This document shows positions 18,386-27,500 of a stretch of 64,000 bases of DNA, one piece after another. The stretch comes from Saprospiraceae bacterium. GTDB taxonomy: Bacteria > Bacteroidota > Bacteroidia > Chitinophagales > Saprospiraceae. Within the stretch, counting starts at the first letter, position 1, and each line of letters opens with the position of its first letter. The stretch covers positions 21,186-85,185 of the forward strand of contig JBELML010000010.1 of NCBI GenBank assembly GCA_042095835.1. Reading direction: 5' to 3'. Under the pieces are notes generated by a model. It was not told where the DNA came from. It did not search any database and saw only the letters and a program-made list of their open reading frames with translations. A program made the translations under genes and the position numbers.

Positions 18386-19648
18386 ATAAAAAAGCACCTA
18401 TTAGGACTACTGATCCTACTCCTATCTTTCAGTACTGCAAGTGCAAAGATATTCGACGTCACCAACAATAATGATGCTGGAGCAGGCTCATTCCGTCAAG
18501 CCTTATTAGACGCACGAGCTGATTCTACTCACACTATGGATACCATCAACTTTGTGTTTGATGCTACCCTAAATCCTGAGATTTTAATCACAAGTGCAGA
18601 ATTCCCCGATTTAGAATTATTACCCACTGCCTTTGATGTCGTCATCAATGGTAATGGCGCGGTAATAAAAAAAGGGCCGAATGTTCTAGGAAGATTCATC
18701 GAGACCAATAATTCAAGGATAAGTAACCTAAGTTTTGAAGGGGCAAATTCTAGAGTAACGGGAGGAGGAATTTTTATAAGCGATAATAATGCTACCCCTG
18801 GTAAAGATTCTGTTTTTATAGAAAATTGCTTTTTCACCAACAATATTGCTGGAAATTTAGAATTTGCCGGTATGGGATCTGGAGGTGCGATTCGAGTTAA
18901 TGAAAATGGCTATGCTAAAGTCACCAATTGTACGTTTACTGGAAACCGTGCCAAATTCGGGGCAGCATTTAGAGTTTACTCAGATGCTGTACTTGATTTA
19001 GTAAGTTGTACCATTTATGGAAACTTAGTGGACGGTGATGGTACTAGCGACCCAGCCGCTATCTGGATTTTTAGTGGCGGAACAGTCAATTTAGAAGGTA
19101 CAGTAATCTGGGATACCTACCAACTTCCAGATAGTACTGCCGCCCCTGATCTACATGACGAGCCATTAATTGTTGGGCCTTCCAACTCAGGCATCGCCAA
19201 CAGAAATTCGGCTGGTGTAGGTCTACATCTATTCCCCATTAAAGGTTTGCAGCTTGGATCAAGGACAGTCGACCCAGAGGATGACAAGCAGGGGAAAGTA
19301 AAATCTAGAATTGGCACTTTAGTTAATAATATTATAGGTATCTGTACGGGAGCTTGTCCTAGTCCAAGTACTGGCACTTATGTGGTGGTTGATCCTATGC
19401 TGGCGCCATTAGTTAGGCAACCTGGAGTGATACCAGCATTTACCCCTATGGCAGGTTCTCCATTACTTTCAACACCTGGCTTGGGTTCAACATCTGTGAC
19501 TCCTGCCGCAATCGCACCACAAGCGAGTACCAATACAGGATCAGCTGATGCACAAGAATTACCAGCACTTCGACCATTGACTATTTTCTTATTCTCTATC
19601 CTGGTCATTGGATTTGGGGTATTGATGATGGGAAGATTTAAGTTTTAA
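18386..19648 (+). CDS. Secreted right-handed beta-helix (choice-of-anchor-Q-like) protein with a C-terminal TM/basic tail and an apparent ATA start
   Basis: In frame upstream of the ORF-track ATG (18536), the sequence encodes (ATA)KKHLLGLLILLLSFSTASA / KIFDVTNNNDAGAGSFRQALLDA. That is a textbook signal peptide followed by the conserved N-terminal motif of this family. A stop codon lies at 18380. There is no ATG/GTG/TTG between the stop and the signal peptide. Confidence 0.55.
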   Translation: MKKHLLGLLILLLSFSTASAKIFDVTNNNDAGAGSFRQALLDARADSTHTMDTINFVFDATLNPEILITSAEFPDLELLPTAFDVVINGNGAVIKKGPNVLGRFIETNNSRISNLSFEGANSRVTGGGIFISDNNATPGKDSVFIENCFFTNNIAGNLEFAGMGSGGAIRVNENGYAKVTNCTFTGNRAKFGAAFRVYSDAVLDLVSCTIYGNLVDGDGTSDPAAIWIFSGGTVNLEGTVIWDTYQLPDSTAAPDLHDEPLIVGPSNSGIANRNSAGVGLHLFPIKGLQLGSRTVDPEDDKQGKVKSRIGTLVNNIIGICTGACPSPSTGTYVVVDPMLAPLVRQPGVIPAFTPMAGSPLLSTPGLGSTSVTPAAIAPQASTNTGSADAQELPALRPLTIFLFSILVIGFGVLMMGRFKF

Positions 19649-19666
19649 TAGCTTTCCATATCTAAT

Positions 19667-19709
19667 AAAAATGAGCCAAGTCGACAGCAGTAAACTTGGC
19701 TCATTTTTA
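19667..19709 (+). terminator. Rho-independent terminator after the beta-helix protein gene
   Basis: 11-bp stem atgagccaagt / acttggctcat with a 12-nt loop and a T-run, flanked by A/T extensions. Confidence 0.75.
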
Positions 19710-19872
19710 TTATACCCTAGGTCAAATGCTCCTGTTATTGATTTACTCCGATTTTATAGCAATTACCCATCTATCTCATTGACCTCACCAAAATTCACTT
19801 CCTTAATCTATCTTGTTTTAGGATATTGGCTACCTAATCATCCGATATTTTTGATTTAAAATCAACAAGCCA

Positions 19873-21678
19873 TTGTCAAAAAGACGAAACGCTTTATATC
19901 ATAAAGCAAGCCTTATATGTATTTCTTTCTGCCTTTTGAACTGTACATTTTCTAATGCACAGGAGCAGGAATTATTCCTTCATCATTCCCTTTCAGACTC
20001 CATCCAAGTAGGCCAAACCCAATATTATCATATAGATTTAGGTAGTGGAGAAGTCGCCTTAATTCGCTTAGAAAGGGGTTCTTTTGAAATAAATAAGGAG
20101 ATCAACCTACTAGTGACCATTATCAATCCTGGAGGCGAGATCATAGAAGAAATCAATACGGCCAGCGATGCCAGTGTGGTCATTTTTAAAAGTCGTAGTT
20201 CCGGGCTCCATCAAATTTTGGTTCGGAGATGGAATGGTGCCTCAAAGGGGGCTTATAAAATAACTTATGATTTTCACCAAAAAGAAACTGAAGATAAGCT
20301 TCTGCAAATTGAAGGGCTGCTAAGCTATTTTTATAACCAACAGCAACCTGGGCTTGCCATGGCTATCCTACAAGATGGTAAAGTACGGGTCGAAAAGTAT
20401 GTAGGCTTGAGGCAGGTAGAAGAGGGGCTTCCCCTCAATACCAACACCCTCTTGGAGTGGGCTTCCTTGTCAAAAATGGTAACTGCATATGCGATTGCTC
20501 TATTGATTGATCAAGGTAAATTAGAGCGTCATGCTCCTCTTTCAAAGTATCTACCTCAAATGCCTGAATACATGCAAGGCATCACCATTCATCAATTGGT
20601 CCATAACCTTAGTGGCCTCAGAGATTATCAACCACTTTTAGACCTTCTGGGCTACCTCAATAATCAACATAACGCCTGGGATCATGACCTTTTAATCCAT
20701 ACACTCCACCTGCATCAAGACGTTTATTTCCAGCCTGGTTCAGATTATCGTTATTGTAATATCGGCTATATTCTTCTGTCAAAAATCATAGAAGAGGTGG
20801 GTGGGCTCCCATTTGCAGATTGGATAAAACAACACCTATTCGATCCCATAGGTATGGACAATTCTTTTATTTTTAAAATGGATCGCTCCCTGAAATCTAA
20901 TCTGGCAAAATCGTATAAAAAAGAAAACGGTAGTTATGATGACATCCAAGTATCACCAGAGCACTATAAGTGGCAGGAGAAAAACTTAGAAGCTCTAGGA
21001 GCGGCTCAAGTACATAGCACCTTGAGGGATTTTATAAAGTGGGACCAAAACTATCAGAACAATAAAGTCGGTAGTAGCAACATCAAGCAAATCATCCGTG
21101 AAGGAATTATTCCAGAGGAACAAGCCTGGGATTGGTATTATGGTTTCCAACGGTATAAATACCGCGGACAAGAAAAATGGGCTTCCGAGGGACTTACACA
21201 AGGCTATCGCACACTCTATGCTCGATTTCCACAGTTAAAAACTAGTTTCATCTTCCTAAGCAATGATGGCGAATGGCGCACCTACTATTTAGCTAATAAG
21301 ATCATTGATCTTTACCTAGAGGACAGCCTCGAAAAGGAAACTATAGCCACTGCCTATCGGGCCGAGACAAATGCCATCCAGAATACACCAGAAAAAACAG
21401 CCCCTTCCTATGCTTATGATCCCGCTATATTAGGTCATTATTATAATACCTCTTTAAAGACCATTTTTACCATTGAAGCATCCAAAGGAAAAGCTATTAT
21501 TGTAGCAGAAGAGCAACTTGACCTCCAATCTTCAGCAGGTCAAAAAGACGAGTATACTACTGATAAATGGTTTATCAAAAAGCTGATTTTCCAAAGGACA
21601 AAAGAACAAAAAGTCCAATCCTGCACCATTTATAATAGTAAAGATGATAGTTTCTTTGAGTTCAAAAAACTTCATTAA
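19873..21678 (+). CDS. Secreted serine hydrolase of the beta-lactamase/PBP4* (class C-like) family
   Basis: SxxK motif (WASLSKM) and YxN motif (YRYCNIGY). An N-terminal signal peptide is reached from a TTG start, and there is an extra N-terminal domain of about 120 aa. Confidence 0.75.
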   Translation: MSKRRNALYHKASLICISFCLLNCTFSNAQEQELFLHHSLSDSIQVGQTQYYHIDLGSGEVALIRLERGSFEINKEINLLVTIINPGGEIIEEINTASDASVVIFKSRSSGLHQILVRRWNGASKGAYKITYDFHQKETEDKLLQIEGLLSYFYNQQQPGLAMAILQDGKVRVEKYVGLRQVEEGLPLNTNTLLEWASLSKMVTAYAIALLIDQGKLERHAPLSKYLPQMPEYMQGITIHQLVHNLSGLRDYQPLLDLLGYLNNQHNAWDHDLLIHTLHLHQDVYFQPGSDYRYCNIGYILLSKIIEEVGGLPFADWIKQHLFDPIGMDNSFIFKMDRSLKSNLAKSYKKENGSYDDIQVSPEHYKWQEKNLEALGAAQVHSTLRDFIKWDQNYQNNKVGSSNIKQIIREGIIPEEQAWDWYYGFQRYKYRGQEKWASEGLTQGYRTLYARFPQLKTSFIFLSNDGEWRTYYLANKIIDLYLEDSLEKETIATAYRAETNAIQNTPEKTAPSYAYDPAILGHYYNTSLKTIFTIEASKGKAIIVAEEQLDLQSSAGQKDEYTTDKWFIKKLIFQRTKEQKVQSCTIYNSKDDSFFEFKKLH

Positions 21679-22437
21679 TTAACGATCCAACCACTCCTTG
21701 AAAGCAGCACTACGACTATTCGAGGTATACAATTCCATAGTAGGTGTTTGCAATTGAATAGCCAAGCGGTTTTTGATATAAGTACTAAAACTCACGATTC
21801 TTTCGAAACGTACGATCTCGCTGCGATTAATCCGAAAAAACAAATTGGGGTCAAGGCTATTTTCCAAATCACTCAGGGTATGGTTGAGCATATGTCGCTT
21901 GCCTTTGGTATCAAAAGCCAAGGTAAAATCACTTTGACTTTGAAAAAGGCTAATATCACTCGTCTTCAATAGAAAGACGCCTTCTTTCTTTTTCACGGGG
22001 AAAGTACTCTTGTAGCTAGGACCAGCTGCCGTAGTATTGAGCTGTGACAACAGTCCTTGCAGGTCAATATTGGGTAGTTCTTTTTGAAAAAGTTGCTGGT
22101 ATTTTTGCCAGGCTTTCTGAAAATCAGTCTTGCTATAAGGCTTTAATAAATAAGCGATACCATTGGTTTGGAAGGCATCGGTGTAGTAGGTATTATAGGC
22201 CGTACAAAAGATAATCGGACACTTGGGCGTGATCTGTTCGTAAAGCTGAAATACATTCCCATCAAGCAACTCAATATCTGAAAAGATCACGTCCAATTGT
22301 GGAGCTCCGCTTAAATAGGCCATTCCTTCGCTAATACTCCTCCCCCACTCTAGCTGTGCTTGAGGCACCTGCTCGCGAATCAAATCAATAAGCTTCTCTC
22401 CAGCCCTTTGCTCATCTTCTAGAATATAAATACGCAT
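21679..22437 (-). CDS. LytTR-family response regulator
   Basis: Receiver domain (DVIFSDIELLDGN, LLKPY) plus a C-terminal LytTR DNA-binding domain (FFRINRSEIVRFERI). Confidence 0.85.
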   Translation of the reverse strand: MRIYILEDEQRAGEKLIDLIREQVPQAQLEWGRSISEGMAYLSGAPQLDVIFSDIELLDGNVFQLYEQITPKCPIIFCTAYNTYYTDAFQTNGIAYLLKPYSKTDFQKAWQKYQQLFQKELPNIDLQGLLSQLNTTAAGPSYKSTFPVKKKEGVFLLKTSDISLFQSQSDFTLAFDTKGKRHMLNHTLSDLENSLDPNLFFRINRSEIVRFERIVSFSTYIKNRLAIQLQTPTMELYTSNSRSAAFKEWLDR

Positions 22438-22438
22438 A

Positions 22439-23479
22439 TTACAGCTGCTTAATTAAAGGTAGTCGTACCATAAAGCGGTCTCCATCGAGTAGCTCCATCT
22501 CCTGATCACTCAACAATCGATAACGAGCAGCCAGGTTTTTCAAGCCTGTTCCCAGGCTTTTCTCCCTGACCAGTTTAGGTCTTTTGATATGCTCGACTTT
22601 GATACCATCCTCTCCAATATACAGGTCTACTACCAGTGGATCAGCGGGTAGCCCCTGATTATGCTTGACTACATTTTCTACCAAAACCTGTAAGGCAGCA
22701 GTAGGGATGAGATATGATCTTAAATCACCGACTTGATTATCTAGCCGGAATTGATAGCTCTCTCCAAAACGCGTTTCTATTAGGAAAATATAATCCTTAA
22801 TGAAGGACCACTCCTCCTGAAGCGAAACTACATTATCCTCAAGGTTAGCTGCCAGATAGCGATACAAACCGGCTAGCTTTTGGACATATTCCTTAGCCAA
22901 GGCTTGATCTCGATCAATAAGATCATCCAAGGTATTGAGGTTATTAAATAAAAAATGGGGATCGATTTGCGATTGCAGGGCGTTGAGCTGGGCTTCGGTT
23001 TTTTCGGCTCTCAATTGCATAATCTCTTGATTATTCACGATCCAATCTCTAGAAAAGCGATAAGCAAAAGACATAGCCAAAGCAGAAAGCAAGGAATTCG
23101 GAAAACCAATCGCTAGGTTATCTCTACTCCACCATTGATTTGCGAAACCATCAATAAACCCTCCTGAACCAAGAGATAGTGTGGTCACTAGCATAATTCT
23201 TAAAACTTCAACCAGGAGCAATGCTAAAACAACTACTCCTATGTAGCGCAGCCACGCACCATCTCTCAGGTAACGTGGTATCCACCACAAAGCGTTGGCA
23301 TAAAAGAAAACAGGCATCAGCAAAGCGGAAATGGGAGAAATATGCTCTAGGTGCTGCTTCCCATCCACCCAACTTGCTCCCCAATTGACATTGATCGTAC
23401 TATAAAAGAAAAGCCAGGTCATCAAATGGATGATCCCTTCCCGATAGCGAAAGATGGCGGCACTCAGTTTATTGAACAT
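22439..23479 (-). CDS. LytS-type sensor histidine kinase (His_kinase/PF06580 type)
   Basis: Multi-TM N-terminus, QIDPHFLFNNLNTL phosphoacceptor box, and a C-terminal ATPase region. It is 1 nt from the response-regulator gene. Confidence 0.85.
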   Translation of the reverse strand: MFNKLSAAIFRYREGIIHLMTWLFFYSTINVNWGASWVDGKQHLEHISPISALLMPVFFYANALWWIPRYLRDGAWLRYIGVVVLALLLVEVLRIMLVTTLSLGSGGFIDGFANQWWSRDNLAIGFPNSLLSALAMSFAYRFSRDWIVNNQEIMQLRAEKTEAQLNALQSQIDPHFLFNNLNTLDDLIDRDQALAKEYVQKLAGLYRYLAANLEDNVVSLQEEWSFIKDYIFLIETRFGESYQFRLDNQVGDLRSYLIPTAALQVLVENVVKHNQGLPADPLVVDLYIGEDGIKVEHIKRPKLVREKSLGTGLKNLAARYRLLSDQEMELLDGDRFMVRLPLIKQL

Positions 23480-23539
23480 AATTAGGATGAATAAAACGCT
23501 CCTGTAAAATTATAAAACAAAAAAGACAAGTCCTGCCAA

Positions 23540-23565
23540 CTCACCGGCACTTCACCCCAGTTCAC
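23540..23565. promoter_or_regulatory. Candidate regulator (LytTR?) site: three helically phased TCACC direct repeats
   Basis: aacTCACCggcacTTCACCccagTTCACCtg has TCACC at 23540, 23551 and 23561 (spacing 11 and 10 nt). It sits in the 143-nt divergent spacer between the kinase and the ABC genes. CCAGTTCAC shares 6 of 9 positions with the AgrA-type ACAGTTAAG half-site. Confidence 0.25.
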
Positions 23566-23622
23566 CTGATTTTGCTTCCAATCCCATTCTGTATTGCATA
23601 CTTTGTACACGAATCTACCATA

Positions 23623-24498
23623 ATGCTAAATATGCTTCACATCCAGAATCTCAATAAAACTTATCCAAACGGCGTCAAAGCTTTAAACAACCTCTCCTTG
23701 ACTTTAGCCAAAGGCATGTTTGGTCTTTTGGGGCCAAATGGCGCGGGAAAATCAAGTCTAATGCGTACTATCGCCACCCTCCAAACACCAGATAGTGGTC
23801 TACTTTCTTTTAATGGCATAGACTTGCTAAAAAACCCCATGGAACTCCGCAAAACTCTTGGTTATTTGCCCCAATCTTTTGGCGTCTACCCGAGGGTTTC
23901 TGGAGAACGCCTGCTGCATTATTTTGCTCAACTTAAAGGAATTGCCTCCAAGAAAGACCGCAATAAGATGGTGCAATATGTGTTGGAACTTACCAATCTT
24001 TATGATGCCCGCAAGAAAGCGGTCAGTGGCTATTCAGGTGGTATGCGCCAGCGCTTTGGCATTGCCCAATTATTGCTCAACCAACCGCAACTAATCATCG
24101 TAGATGAACCTACAGCCGGATTAGATCCTGCCGAGCGCAACCGCTTCTTGAACGTCCTGCGCGAAGTCGGCACCGATCATACGGTGATCTTCTCGACCCA
24201 CATCGTAGAAGATGTCAAAGAACTTTGTACAGACATGGCCATCATGCACCAAGGTCAAGTCATCCAGCATACCACTCCTCAACAAGCTTTGCAAGAATTG
24301 GAGCAGAAAATTTGGGTAGCGGATATAGAGAAACCAGCACTAGCTCAATATCAAACCCAATATCAAGTCCTTTCTAATAGCTTCAACCCAGATCACTCTA
24401 TTCAATTGCGGGTATTCAGCGAGGTATGCCCAGGCCCTCATTTTAATCCTTCTATTCCTCACCTGGAGGATGTCTACTTTATCGCCCTTGCTCAATAA
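23623..24498 (+). CDS. ABC transporter ATP-binding protein (ABC-2 type partner)
   Basis: Walker A GLLGPNGAGKSS, signature YSGGMRQR, Walker B LIIVDEPTAGLDP. The likely start is the ATG at 23623 or 23632 rather than the TTG at 23572. Confidence 0.85.
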   Translation: MLNMLHIQNLNKTYPNGVKALNNLSLTLAKGMFGLLGPNGAGKSSLMRTIATLQTPDSGLLSFNGIDLLKNPMELRKTLGYLPQSFGVYPRVSGERLLHYFAQLKGIASKKDRNKMVQYVLELTNLYDARKKAVSGYSGGMRQRFGIAQLLLNQPQLIIVDEPTAGLDPAERNRFLNVLREVGTDHTVIFSTHIVEDVKELCTDMAIMHQGQVIQHTTPQQALQELEQKIWVADIEKPALAQYQTQYQVLSNSFNPDHSIQLRVFSEVCPGPHFNPSIPHLEDVYFIALAQ

Positions 24499-24526
24499 TT
24501 TATTCGCCATTTATTAAACCTTTGCT

Positions 24527-27500
24527 ATGTTCTGGTCTATCTTTAAATACGAAGTTAAACATTGGTTGAGGCAGCCGGCAACCTACCTTTATTATATCGT
24601 CTTTGCCGCTATTGCTTGGTTCCTTTTTGTAGGTTCCGCAGGGTATTTTGATGGGCCTTCTACTGCGAGTGGACCTCAAAAGCTTTTGAATAGTCCCTTG
24701 GGTATTCACTCTTTCTTCCAGTATTTTGGGAAGTTTATTTTGTTCCTATTGCCAGCGATACTAGGACAAGGCTTGTACCGTGACTTCAGTAGTAATACTT
24801 ATCAGCTCATGTACAGTTATCCCATTTCAAAGCCAGCCTATTGGTGGGCCAAATTATCTAGCGGTTTAGTTGTGGTATTGCTGATCTCTACGGCCCTTGG
24901 AGTAGGTCTCCTCCTGGGAGAATATACACCTGGTTTGGACAGGGCTCGAATGGGGCCATTTCAAGCTATGGCTTATCTTAGAGCATATCTGGTACATCTT
25001 TGGCCGAACTTATTGAGCTACGGCCTTTTGGTATTTTTGATAGTGGCCTTAAGTAGAAATATCTACGCCGGTTTTTTAAGCATTTTAGGTCTTTACATCT
25101 TACAACTAATCAGCCAAAATGCCTTTGCTAATCAAGCTTACTATATCGGTCTATTCGATCCTTATGGACAAAATACGGTGGCCTATCTCACTCGCTTTTG
25201 GACTTTGGAGGAGCAAAATACCAAGCATTTCCCCATTCAAGGTATCTTACTCAACAATAGACTACTCTTTTTTGGTGCGAGTTTATGTTTGATGATATGG
25301 GCCTATCGAAAGTTTCAACTACACACACAATCCCCACTATTTCGGACTAAACGTCTCCACCTGAGCTTTGGTAAAAAAGCAAACCCAAAAAGAATAAACA
25401 CTGCTTTTACTCCTCAAGTAAGCATCAGTTTTAGTAGCTGGCAAAACTTAATCCGCAGTTGGCAGTTGGGTGTTTTCCACTTAGGAACCATTCTTAGCAG
25501 TTGGATATTCCAAAGTTTGGTAGGTCTAGGACTCTTGGCTATGGTCTTTGCTTTGGGTAGAGTCACCAACACAGGGGAGATGACCGTATTGCCTCTTACC
25601 AGGATCATGCTGACGGTACCAGCCACTTTTTTCAACCTCATCATCATGATTTTGACCTTTATCTATACTGGGATGCTGGTACATAAAGACCGTAGCAACC
25701 AGATGGACCAGTTAGTCGATAGTACGGCAGTACCGAATAGTGTTTTATTTGGTGCGCCCTTTTTTGCTATTCTTCAAATGCAAATCATCCTGCTATTCAC
25801 TATGATGATTGCTGGAGTGAGCTTGCAGATATATAATGGATATTATCATTTCGAATGGGGTCTTTACTTCTACCACTTATTTGGGATTTATTTGATCAGT
25901 TTGGTGATTTGGGCCTTGTTATCCTTTTTCATCCATAATATCTTGCCCAATCCTTATTTGGGTATCTTCCTTCTATTCCTGATGTGGATAGGCTTTGCTA
26001 ATCTTCCTCAACTCGGCATAGATACTAAAGTACTGGCCTTTAACTCCCCAGAGACACTGCGCTACTCTGATATCAATGGTTTTGGTCATGGTCATCGCAG
26101 CTACTGGAGGCTCGAATGGTATTGGTTGACGCTAGCTTTGCTACTAGCATTATTTAGTAATCTTCTTTGGAGAAGGGGTGTAGTCAATCGACTAGTAGAA
26201 CGGGCCAAACAAATAAGGGTTCGTTGGAATCGGATGACAAGTGTCCTTGTCTTAGCCTTAACATTACTCGTTATAGGCCAGGGATTTAGCTTACTTACAG
26301 AAGAAGCGAAAGCGATCTCCAGAGACATAGAAAATCAGCTTTTTAAAGATTTTGAGCAGGCGTTTGCCAAATACAGCGGCACCCAACAAGCTCAAATCAA
26401 AGCGATAGACTTACACATCGATTTATTCCCTGAAGAAAACAACTTCCGCGCTAATGGCAGCTATCTCCTACATAATGAAAGTGATCAATACATCGATACC
26501 ATCCTCGTCAAGGCGGGATTTGGAGAGCGTAGTACCTTTGACTTTGATCGTGCATTCCAGATGATTGACCAAGATACTTTTGTACAATTCTTTGTCTTTC
26601 AACTAGACCATAAACTAGCGCCTGGTGATTCCCTACAAATGAATTTCTCTATTCGAAATCAAGCCAACACCCTTTTTGAACGCCGATCAAATATTCTAAA
26701 AAATGGCACCTTTCTGCAAAGTGATATCTTTCCGCGTTTAGGATATTTCTTAGAAGAATACACTTTAGCGCCTACTGATACGAGCGCGCATCAAACCAAT
26801 ATGCAGTATCCTTTTGCGGACCGTATAGACTTTTCGGCTACAGTAAGCACCTCCGCAGATCAAATCGCCATTGCACCTGGATACTTACAAAAGCAATGGG
26901 AAATAGATGGTAGAAATTATTTCCAATACAAAATGGATCATCCCATCAAGTTTTTATTTAGTATCAACTCTGGTCGATTTAAGGTAAAAGAAGAATCTTA
27001 TAAAGGTACTAACCTCAAAGTTTTCTATCATCCGCAGCACTCCTATAATCTCGAAAAGATGATGGGAGGTCTAAAAGGAGCCTTGGATTATAACAGCGAA
27101 TTTTTCAGCCCTTATCAACATCGAGAAGCACGTATTATTGCATTTCCGGAACCAGAAGGCACTTTTGCTACCACCTCGGCCAATAGTATCCCTACTTCTG
27201 AAATCCGTTTTATAGCCAATACCGATATAGAGGACGAGCAAATTGATATTGCCTTTTACGTATCTGCTCATGAATTGACCCATCAGTGGTGGGGCAACCA
27301 AGTGCTACCGGCCGATGCTCATGGAAGTGCCTTTCTGGTCGAAAGCATCACCGAATACATCAGCCTCAAAGTTTACGAACGCCAATACGGTTTTGAGAAA
27401 GCCATGCAATTCCTCAGAGCACAGCACGGTCGCTACCTTCGCGGGCGAAATCGAGAGCGAGACCAAGAATATCCATTACTGAACCTTAGGCAGCAGCAGC

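Noticed and set aside
19671-19859. 62-aa plus-strand ORF
   Set aside because: It starts inside the terminator hairpin of the upstream gene and has a low-complexity translation.
21676-21681. Abutting or overlapping stop codons of convergent gene pairs: TAATTA at 21676..21681 (adjacent) and CTAG at 50286..50289 (4-nt overlap), with no intervening terminator
   Set aside because: This is real in the sequence but a common consequence of compact genomes. On its own it is not evidence of regulation.
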